A stretch of DNA of 59,502 nt, taken from NCBI RefSeq assembly GCF_004010195.1, contig NC_057759.1, positions 3,065,382 to 3,124,883 of the forward strand. Reading direction: 5' to 3'. This DNA is from Chiloscyllium plagiosum. Lineage: Eukaryota. Shown piece by piece: positions 49,535 to 59,502 of this stretch. A program made the translations under genes and the position numbers. A model generated the notes under the pieces. The model did not search any database, was not told the origin of the DNA, and saw only the letters and a list, made by a program, of their open reading frames with translations. Every line of letters begins with the position of its first letter. Within the stretch, counting starts at the first letter, position 1.

Positions 49535-50110
49535 AACATAGAACAGCACAGGCCCTTGATGTTGTGCCGATCTTTTATCCTACTCTGAGATCAAACTATC
49601 CTTCATTTTAAAATCATCCATGTGTCTGTCGAAGATTGCTTACATGTCCCGAACGTATCTGACTCTACTACCACTGCTGACAGTGCACTCCAAGTACCCA
49701 CCACTCTCTGCAAAGAATCGACTTCTGACAACTGCCGAAACCCTTCCTCCAAAAACAGTGACTGTGCTGAGATGTTTTAAAAAAAATTTCTGGTATTTCA
49801 TGCTCACAGCTCGGTTTCGCCTGGCAAACATTCCCTGGTTTTGTTTTGTAACAGAAAATGTTTATTCCTCTCATGTCTGGGCAACAATCGAGTTCCTCCA
49901 TCACATTCTAAATCCGACTCTACCATTTCTTCTGATTCTGCTGCTCAATGGTTTCACTGTCAGATACATTTTAGTGACCAGAAGCTCCACCAAAAACCTT
50001 ATGATAGCCATTTCTACTCTGGGAAAATGTCTCTGACTATTCATTCTGTCTATGATTCTCAGCACCTTGTACAACTCTATCAATTCGCCTCTCACCATTC
50101 TTCGTTGTAG
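49535..50110 (-). mobile_element. CR1 3' fragment split by the GPCR exon fragment
   Basis: Tail 'aacatagaacagcacaggcccttgatgttgtgccga' to 49753; resumes at about 49990 with 'RMVRGELIELYKVLRIIDRMNSQRHFPRV' on the minus strand. Confidence 0.8.
49754..49988 (+). pseudogene. 235-bp copy of part of GPR139-like exon 2 (TM4 end, ECL2, TM5)
   Basis: Ungapped alignment to 47261-47495 with about 19 mismatches by manual count; no splice sites or start codon. Confidence 0.95.
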
Positions 50111-50201
50111 TCCAGGCAGCATCCTGAAAATCTCCTCTATAAAATGTCCACATCCTTCCTATAGTCCCAGTGTAATCAATATTTCCTCAGAACACAATCT
50201 G

Positions 50202-50459
50202 CTCAACTCTGGTATCAGAGCTGAAAATGTGTTGCTGGAAAAGCGCAGCAGGTCAGGCAGCATCCAAGGAACAGGAGAATCGGCGTTTCGGGCATAAGCC
50301 CTTCTTCAGGAATTAGTGACTGAAGAAGGGCTTATGCCCAAAACGTCGATTCTGCTGTTCCTTGGATGCTCCCTGACCTGCTGCGCTTTTCTAGTAACAC
50401 ATTTTCAGCTCTGATCTCCAGCATCTGCAGTCCTCACTTTCTCCTCAACTCTGGTATCA
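50202..50459. mobile_element. Palindromic Penelope pLTR pair with TSD
   Basis: Arms 50214-50309 and 50320-50415 are reverse complements with a 10-nt spacer; CTCAACTCTGGTATCA at 50202-50217 and 50444-50459. Confidence 0.92.
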
Positions 50460-53400
50460 ACCTAGTGAACCTTCTCTTCAACCCCTCCATTGCCAGCACA
50501 TCCTTTATAAGAAGAACAAAATTGTATAGGTGTGACTTCACAACTACCCTACATAGTAGCAGCGTAACCTCACTGTTTTTAAACTCGAACAATGAAACAT
50601 AAATTCCAATTGCCTTTTTAATTACCTGCTGCACATGCAAATCAACCTTTTTTGCGTTTTTTGCGCAAGGACAACAAGGTCCCTCTGCACTGTAACGTGC
50701 TGAGATTTTTCACCGTAAATAAAAAGTGTATTTTACTGTTGCAACTCTCAAAACGAACGACTTTACGTTTACCAACATTGGACATTATTTTCCAGACCTT
50801 TGTCCACTTACATAACCTACATTTATCATTCTGCACACTGCTCTATCACTCATCTTAATGTCATCTACGAAGTTTAACACATCCCACTAGCCACTGCTAG
50901 CCATGAATTGATAACCAGAAAAAACACACATTTTTTGTCACTATTTCATTTGTTAATGAACTGATCTTCTTACTTGGCCTAATCATTATGTGTAATACCT
51001 TGCAACTGCATCTTATTCACCATCCTTTTGTGTTGCATCATGCCAAATGCTTTCCAGCAATCCAGATTCAACAGATCCATTCATACTCCATTGTCCACCG
51101 CACTTAACAAGTTTCAGTAAATCCATTAAAAATGACATTTGTTTATGAACCCATATTGCGATGGCTTGATGGGATAGTTTTTTTTTTAATCCAGATGTCT
51201 CACTACTTATTTCTTGAATAGATTCAAGCATTTCCCTGACTACAACTTACGGGCGTTTAATTTCCTGCTGTTTGTCTACCTCCTTCTTCTAAAGAAAGTT
51301 GTCACATTTTCTGTTTCCAATTTGCCAGAACTGCCCCAGAGTCCAGTCAATTTTGGTATATTGCTCTAAGCACATTTGCTATTTCTCCAGCCATCTTTTT
51401 CAGTATTCTGTGATGAATTCAAGGGGGTCAGGAAACGCGACTACCTTTAACACCATTAGCTTGCCCAACTCTTCCGATAAAATTATTGTTCCGCTCTAGT
51501 TACCTGCCATTGCCACCTTGTCATCAGTGATTGGCATGTCATTGTGTTTTCTAATATGAAGACCGTCACAAAATACCTGTCCAAAACCCCTGTCTATTTC
51601 ATCATTTCCCATTCTTAAAGCACCGTTCTCATCTTCTAAAGCACCAATGCTTACCTCGGCCATTCCTTTTCGTTTTATATGTGTGTAGAAAAACTTGCTA
51701 TCTGTTTTATGTTCTGAACTAGTTAACACTCATAATTCATCTTACCCTTCTTTTCACTATTGTTCGTGGCTTTCAGTTGACCTTTATCGATTTCTGAATT
51801 TCCTCGTTTCCAACTAGTCATTGCTAACTTGTTTGCATTCGCTTCAGAGTTGATACCTCCCTTTTTTACTCAGTTGCACATGACTGATTACAACATTCTC
51901 TACTGTCCGCCCTTTTCACTGGTGTATACCTTTTCTGAGCACGTGTAAAATTCACTTTGGACGTCCCCCACTGTTCCTCAATTGCCCCATCATATAGCCT
52001 TTGCACCCAGTCTATCTTACCCATCAACTTGTAGCTTCCTTTGCTTAAGGTCAAGATACTGGTTTTGGATTTTAACTTCTCCCCCCTCGTCTATATTTTA
52101 AAGTCAACTATATTGCAATCACTCCTTCTGAGAGGATCCCTACGTATGGTATCGTTAATCATTCATTACAAAAGACCATATCTAGGGTAGTTTGCTTCTT
52201 CGTGCGGTCAATTACGGAGTCTTCAAGGAAAATAACATCATTACATAGGGAGGTGATGACCCAGTGTTATTATTGTTGGATGATTGACCCGCAGATGCAG
52301 ACAATATTATGTGGACCCGGCTTGAATCCTGCCATGGCAGATTGCCAAATTTGAATTGAAGAATAATCTGGCATTGAACAGTTTAACGGTATACATGGAA
52401 CGATTGGAAAATACATCTGCTTCACTCATGTCCTTCAGGGAAGAAAACTGCCACCATTGCCTGTTCTGACGTACTTGTGACACCAGACCCACATCAATGT
52501 GGTTGATTCCCAACTTCTGCCTGAGCAATAAGCAGTGGATAATAAATACTTCCTGGCCAGCAATATCTTCATCCCGTGCATAACTAAAGGGAAAAAAAAA
52601 TCATGAACTCCTCCTAAAGGCTTTTTTGAATAATTTGGTTTGATCAATGAATGTGTATAGCAATGTCATTTTTACATTAGATATTGCTTTGTTTATTGCC
52701 CGCCCCACCGTGATGCCCTTTGGTGGCCTATATTAATGTTGATAAGTGAAATTGCCCCCTTAGCTTTTTTTCTGATTTCTACCCGCTTTGATTCAATGTT
52801 TTTTGGATAAAACCTATTTTGTGTCTAACTCCCGCCCTGATTTTGTCCTTAAATAACAGAGCTAGACCTTAGTATCTCTTCTTCCTTTACCTCTGTATAT
52901 TTAATTCCCAATCGTGAGCCCGCTGCAACCCATATAATGGCCAATAACTGATATCCATTCACGATCATTTGTAAAATTAGTTTAGTTACTTTGCTGTAAG
53001 TTCTGTCAGCATTCAGTTGAAGTGCCCTTAAGCTCATCTTACACCTTTTTAAATCCTAACACCTCCACCAGAAGAAAATTTTTAAATATTTCTTGCTTCT
53101 CCTGAAACCACCTGGTTTCCACTCATCTTGAAGCTTCAATGCTCAGCTGCTTCTTGCTGGTTATTTATTGCCGTGATTCTCTTGTTTCTCATGCTCTCAT
53201 TCAATCTAGCTTAATTAGAGCCTTCTAATTATTGGTAGCGACAGAGTTTGGTGAAGACTGCATATATTGAACATGTTCCACAGCCCCCAGAAACAGGCCC
53301 GATTATTTAGAAATCTAAAGCCCTCGCTCTTTCACCAGTCCCCCAGCCACATTTTAAATTACCTAATCTGGCATTTCCTAGCTTCACAAGCAGATGGCGC

Positions 53401-54300
53401 AGGTAATAATCTTGAGATGACTAACTTTGAGGTCCTTCCTTTCAATATGGCTCTTTAATCGTTAAATTTAGCTTTCAGTAATTCATCCCTCTTCCTATCT
53501 GTGTCATTGGCACCAACGTGTACCATTTTGATTGACTGCTCCCTTTGATCCACACCCCCCAAAATGCCACGCAGCCACTCAGTGACTTGCAGGACTCTTG
53601 CACCAGGAAAGAACCACACTATTCTGTTGGCACGAGAGCAGCAGCAGAAGCTCCTCTCCATTCCACTAAGTTTGTGTCTCCTATCACTGCAGTTCTAACC
53701 ACATTTTCAGTCCACCTCAGTGCAGCTGAGGAACGGAGGTGCTGCAGGATTTGCTCTGGCTGCAGTTCTCTGCAGAATCAGCACAGAGTATCGGTGGTCT
53801 TTTGGAATTTCATTAGAGGAATTCTGGACAACCAGCCTCGCCTTATGCTCGCCTGTGATGCTCACTCATTCTCTATCCTCTTACACCCTTAAATCTGTGG
53901 GGTGACTACGGCCTTGCACTCACAATCCATGTAACTGTCATTCCCCTGGATGCTCCCCAGTGCCTCCAGATCTTGCTGGACCTCCATAGCCTGGTGCCAG
54001 TATTGGAAGTACTAACAATGCCTCCTCCACACTGTTTGTCATCATTGAGCATCCATGAACACATGAAACATTTCGCTGTAGGAGCTAGCGAGCCATCCCC
54101 TGAATTAACACAAGAATCACCCACTAAGAAATAACTAAATATAGTTCTCTCCAACGCAGACTAACACGTAACTAGTATGTACAATAATTTCAACAGGTTA
54201 TTTGACTGGAATAAAAATTAAAAGAGTCATTCTCATCGCTCAAGCATTCAATCATTTATTGGCTTGGCTGTGACGTCACTTTGGACTCTAATGCTTCCTC
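50460..54300 (-). mobile_element. Long degraded CR1 LINE (ORF1 esterase through RT)
   Basis: 'FFPGARVLQVTEWLRGIL..VHVGAND', 'KTDSKFFYTHIKRK..IGALEDENG', 'MHVQQVIKKA..LKRRFTRLIP'. Confidence 0.8.
52248..52600 (+). mobile_element. Old tRNA-derived SINE with LINE-type tail
   Basis: B-box-like 'gcttgaatcctgccatggcag'; tail 'ctggccagcaatatcttcatcccgtg...aaaaaaaaa', also seen at about 300-345. Confidence 0.6.
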
Positions 54301-54474
54301 CCAATAGGAACTGATTACCTCTTACCGGTTTTGAGTTTTCACCATTCGACTGCTCGTAATTCTAAGGAAAGTCCATACAAGACTTCTCTCTTGCCTTTTC
54401 TGGTTACAGGAGAAGGGAAGGAAGTAAATACAACAATAATGGAATAAGAACTTAAGATTTTTCTAAATGAGCAT

Positions 54475-56300
54475 AACCGCAGAAGAGATAGGAGCAGAAG
54501 TAGATTATTGGGCCCAGCAAGCCTCCCGACAATCAATAAGAATAAAGATGAAGCTTCGATACCTCAACTTCACTTCCATGCAAAGAACTTGCATCTCTCA
54601 ACTCGTCAGGAATTCAAAAATCCATTCGCCCATCCATAAATACTTTCAGTGATCAAACTATCACAAGTCTGTGAATTCCAGCTACTCACCATCTTTTGAG
54701 AGACAAAATCTCTCAGCATGTCAGTTTTAATTCAACATACATTGTTCTGTAGCCACGTCACCAATTTCCAAACTTCGTCCAGAAGTGGAAACACCTTCTC
54801 AACATTTACCTTGTTATGCCCCCTCTGCATATTTTATTTCTCAGAGGTCTCACCCGTCATTCATTTCAACTACAATGATTAAACGCCTAAACATTTTATA
54901 TGCTCTTGATAAGTTAACACTTCTATCATAGGAATTTGCTTAGTGAATCAACTTAGTTACTTGTTTCACCAGCATCGTAACTTTGTCTTTCATACACAGG
55001 GACACCCAATCCCTTTGTAGTGAGCCTTTATATGGATTTCTCTTCAATAAATAACAGGCTAGCGTTTGATTCTCAGTGTCGAAGTGCATGACCTCATTCT
55101 TTTTAAAACATGAATTCCATTTCCCTCATTTGCCTACTTACTGACCTTATCTATATCAACGTTCGGACTCCTTACACCTTTATTGCAACTTATCCTTCCG
55201 TGATTGATCGTATCATCCACAAAATGTGATATATTTTGCTTTCAGCCCCGCCTTTAAGCCATCGGTATAGATTGCAAAAGCAGATGCTGTAGAACTGATA
55301 CTTATAGTACTCGAATAGATTCACTTTTTTAAGATAATAAAAGATGCATTAATCCTGACTGTCGGTCTTCTGTTTGTTAGCCAATCCTCCTTCCATGCTA
55401 ATAAATTATCAGTCGTAGTAGTAACTCTTGTCTTGTGTAAGAACGGTTTTTGTGGTACCTTATAGAAAGCCAAATGCACTGTCCATCCGTGCTCCATACA
55501 AAGTCTGTTTTGTATATTCTCAAATAACTCCAGCAAAATGTTGCATTATTTTAAAGATTCTCCCTTTCACAAAACGATGTTGAATGTCATTGCATTATGC
55601 ATTTCTATATTTACCACAATTCCTTCCTGAAAACAGACTACAGCTGATGTTCAGCAATATTTTTAGGCTAAATGATATATACGTTCCTGCTTCTGTCTCG
55701 CTCCTTTCTTGAAGTCAGGAACTATATTGGATGTTTTCCAGTTTCACTGGAATATTCCTGTAATCCAGAGAGTTCTGGAATATTTCAAACAATGCCAGCA
55801 GTCATTCTGCAACCACTCTTTTCAACAGCGTGCATCTGTTGCTGCTGACGTGTTTATCGGTCTTCCTATTTGTTTGCCAAAAAAATCTTTATTTTCCTTT
55901 TATACGACACAGTTCAGCAGTTTTATTCATTTTAACCATCTTACTTGTTCTGTATTATTGAAATCCTGACAGTTCCCCTGTGAGAAACAGTGCAAACTAA
56001 CATCTTAAATTACCTGCCTGTTCCCTGCACCCAATTGCCGAGTCACCTCCTGCAAAAAGTTCCATATATACCTTCGGGACTTTCTTTCTTTCAAAGGTCG
56101 CACACTCTTGCTTCTTTTTTATATGCATGAAAATCACGTCCTGCTTGTTTTATTCTTTATTTCTTGCCAATTTATTTTCATAATATATTTTTTCTTTTTT
56201 TCACTTTATATAATGTGCTTCTGGACTCTGAAAGTAATACGGCCCAATTCAAGCCTACACTTTTTTGTCATCAAACTGAATTATTTCATTTGTGTTTGAA
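54475..56300 (-). mobile_element. Very old CR1 LINE remnant
   Basis: Tail 'agataggagcagaagtag'; 'AFYKVPQK..LLAWKEDWLTNRRPTVRIN'. Confidence 0.65.
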
Positions 56301-56312
56301 TAATATCTTTGA

Positions 56313-56825
56313 CAGTCATAGAGATGTACAGCACGGAAACAGACCCTTTGGACGAACTCGTCCATGCCGACCAGATATCCGAATCCAATCTAGTGCAACC
56401 TGCCAGCTTCCAGCCCATACCCCTCCAAACACTTCATATTCATATATGCATCCAGATGCCTTTTAAATATTGCAATTATACTAGCCTCCACTACTTCCTC
56501 TGGCAGCTCATTCCTTACACGTACCACCCTCTGAGTCAAACGTTGCCCCTTAGGTCTCTTTTATATCTTTCCTGTCTCACCCGAAACTTATGCCCTCTAG
56601 TTCTAGATTCTCCCACCTCAGGGAAAAGGCTTTCCTATCCATGCCCCGCATGTTTTTTCATACCTCTATATGGTCACACGTCAGCCTCCACTGCTCCAGG
56701 CAAAACGGCCCTCGACTACTCAACCTCTCCCTGTAAATCTGTTCTGAAGGAGACCAGAATTGCATATAATATTCCAACAGTGGCCTAACTAATGTCCTGT
56801 ACAGCCGCAACACGACTTCCCAAAT
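56313..56825 (-). mobile_element. CR1 (HER1-like) 3' fragment
   Basis: 'gtcatagagatgtacagcacggaaacagaccct', 'LRLYRTLVRPLLEYYMQFWSP'. Confidence 0.9.
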
Positions 56826-57289
56826 CTGAGGTTCATCATCTAATGTTGTCCTTCTTTTGGAACAGAAACGAACATTGCTAAGCATTATGAAATATTTGCC
56901 TAAATTCCTGCAACCATACTTCCACTGACCTTCCTTGGGACTATTTTCACATCCCACTTTCGACTAGATGTCAGACAAAAATCTCCAATTTAGATTCTTT
57001 ATTCCGTTCACTCCTTCAGGCACAACTTCCACATACGGCTGAAAATATAATGGTTCGTGCCTCCATTCTACCAGTTTATTCACCTGTGTTATTTCTTTTT
57101 GATGATTTCATATTCCATTGAGAAGCCTCCTTTTCCCCTAAATGAGAAATCCCACCAATTCTGATAGACAGGGTCTTCAGCTGTGACTGGCACTGTTCTG
57201 ATCGTTCTGTTGTCACCTCTTCCCCTTTTTTCCAGCAGAATTTTAGAGACACCCTTTGTCTTCACTTCCCATTTCACAGGATCCACTTA

Positions 57290-57790
57290 TGAAGAATTAA
57301 CCTCTGCCACTTCCACCACTTCCAGGAGGACAACACCATCAAACACATCTTCCCCTCTGGTCCACTGTCAGCACGTCACAGGCATCGTTCCCTTTATAAC
57401 ATCCTGAGCACTTGCCGATTCCTTTATGGCTCCATCACATGCAATTGCAGAAGCTGATACACTTGCCCATTTACCTCTTGCCTCCTGTATGTCCTAGGTC
57501 CCAAACAGACCATCCAGGTGAGGCAGCATGTCTCTTTACTCTTCCAATCCAGTCTGTTGTCATTGCTGCTCACAAGACAGTCTCCTTTACATTGGCGAAA
57601 CCAAACAGAGAGTGCATTCAGGAACACTGCCACTCTGTCTGTAGGAATAACTCTGACCTACCTTGCGCTCATGTTACCATTTCAGTCCTGGGCTGCTGCA
57701 ATGTTCCAATTAAGCACAACCCAAGCTCGAGTAACACATCACTTTATGCTTTGGTACTGTAGGACTCAATATTCAAAACTACAACCTTTG
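57290..57790 (+). mobile_element. Degraded Penelope GIY-YIG region
   Basis: 'ctcctttacattggcgaaaccaaa' (LLYIGETK) with decayed Penelope-like flanks. Confidence 0.65.
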
Positions 57791-57999
57791 CTCCTGACCC
57801 CATTATGACTGTTCTCCATTTTTCAAAAAAAAAGTTCAAGTCTCCCTCGGACCCCGTTTTGCTTCTGTCTTGTTTGTCTTGGTCTCAATGGAGACAACAC
57901 ATCTTCCCCATTCGCAACTTAATTTACCCCTACATTGCATCAATTTTTCTGTCATCCAAAGATGTGCAGGTCAAGTGGGATAGTCCTTTGCCCCTTGTT

Positions 58000-58620
58000 T
58001 GTGGTTGAGGATGACTGTTATCAGGAGGTTTACCCCAAGTGTCATAGGAGTTCTCAGGGGAATTCTCATGAAAACTTCCTTCGTTCCACTGAGTGGCCCT
58101 TCTAGGGCAATTAGAGATCCAATGGAGGGTGCTGCTGCTGGTAAGGCAGTTTCGAGCTGGGCATTCACAAGGCCAGTGATATGGGCTGTTACAATTAAAA
58201 CAGGCCTTGAATGGACGCCTAGGCGATTCCCTCTGCCATACCCACCACCGTGGCCTCTAATTGGTGCAGGGCCACTACTATGACACACGTGGGTGCTGAC
58301 GTACCTCATCTTGGACTACAAATTATGCTTTTACACAGATTGTTGAACTGTCTTCACTCTGTTGATTCCACAAGGCCCTAATATAACGATGGAGTTGATT
58401 AGGGGTGGCTTCAACCCAGTCTAGATTGTTTGTTTTGATGGTGCGACCACAGAAGGGGGCAGGCCGTTTAAAAGCATAGAATTATACTGAGTATTAATAG
58501 CATTTAAATTGCAAGCCCGATCGTTGGAATACGACTCATAACATTCTCTAAAACGGTCAAGGAAGTCTTTAGCAGGCTCCTTATTTTTGGGGCGAAGTTC
58601 AAGGATCCGAGCAAGGTGAG
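58000..58620 (-). mobile_element. Retroviral-like gag fragment (capsid C-terminus plus CCHC knuckle), frameshifted
   Basis: Minus strand 'LARILELRPKNKEPAKDFLDRFRECYESYS...SMLLNGLPPSV', a Gly/Arg-rich linker, then 'ACFNCNSPYHWPCECP'. Confidence 0.7.
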
Positions 58621-58774
58621 GGATGCCATCGACGTGAATGTGGTGCTAATCAAGCAGGGGCTTCATTGTCCCTGGACTGTGTTCGGCTTCTCAAGTGTGG
58701 TCTACAATGTGCACTGCAGACATGACTGACTGTGTGTGTGCCCATGTGAAACTATGCGTAAGTGTCAATGAGAA

Positions 58775-58809
<35 letters not shown>

Positions 58810-58870
58810 CATGTACACTTTCATACTCTCACTCAAACGCACTCACACATACTCTCTCATACACACACCC
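58775..58870. repeat. (CT)n(CA)n microsatellite
   Basis: Directly visible. Confidence 0.9.
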
Positions 58871-59502
58871 TCGTACACAATGTGAGCAATATCAGTTTGA
58901 AACCTACATCGAGTGCAGACTGGAGAATGATCGTCGGGGTTACCTGCTGGAGTGTCTCACTCATCTTGTTTCCAATTCTGGAGTTTAATGGGAAGCAATG
59001 TGAGGAGAGAAAGGATCAGAAACAGTGGAACAATGAGTACTGCCATCTCAGTGCTGTGTGCCTGTGCTGGATTCAGAGAGGGATTTCCTGTCAATAACAT
59101 AATCTCTTCAGCAAACACCAACCCCAGTGTTTCCTGTTGCCCTGACCCCCTGCCAACACTCGTGTCTGTAAAATCCCCCCCAAACCCTCACCATTGCAGT
59201 AACATCATTGTTTCTGTGCCGCCTCGCTCATTAACAATATCCCACCAATCCAACCCAAACTATTCGACGCTAAACTCAAAAGATCACTCTGCACCCACTC
59301 TCTCTCAATTGTCGACTAGAAATTACTGTCTCTCATTGTTACGGCTTTCATATATTGAGGCAAAACTTCCCTTGTCCTCCACCTGTCAGCGGAAATGGGG
59401 CAATCACAGAGAAACATCAAAAATACCATTTGGTGGAGGCCATTCGGCCCCTCCAAACTGCACCGCCCACATAAAGGGATCATGGCTGATCACCCAACAC
59501 AG

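Noticed and set aside
49620..50036. 138-aa ORF as a second GPCR gene
   Set aside because: A chimera of antisense CR1 sequence and a 235-bp exon fragment, covering little more than one helix.
58890..59100. 'QWNNEYCHL...CQ', faintly like a C-type lectin end
   Set aside because: Cysteine spacing is off and there are no supporting splice sites or other exons.

Overview
Repeat-dense vertebrate genomic DNA with several N gaps. The repeats (HE1-type tRNA SINEs, CR1/HER1-like LINEs, Penelope elements) suggest a cartilaginous fish, probably a shark (inference). The only intact host gene I can support is a two-exon GPR139-like class A GPCR on +: exon 1 30165-30336, a 16.6-kb GT-AG intron, exon 2 46933-47840, 359 aa. 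The ORF track splits it in two. There is also a 235-bp fragment of its exon 2 embedded in a CR1 (49754-49988) and an isolated histone H2B pseudogene that keeps its promoter and stem-loop. The rest is mostly decayed retroelements: CR1, L1, a near-full-length Tx1-clade LINE, Gmr1-type Gypsy elements, solo LTRs, a retroviral-like gag fragment, and Penelope remnants whose termini carry minimal hammerhead ribozyme motifs. The most unusual signals are the Tx1 element with its 3' end duplicated at its 5' end (plus several short copies starting near the same point), the captured GPCR exon piece, palindromic hammerhead cassettes with target-site duplications (TSDs), and a 134-bp retrocopied polyadenylated RNA end. 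I cannot establish a wholly new biological system from sequence alone. All family names come from recognition by eye, not database searches.
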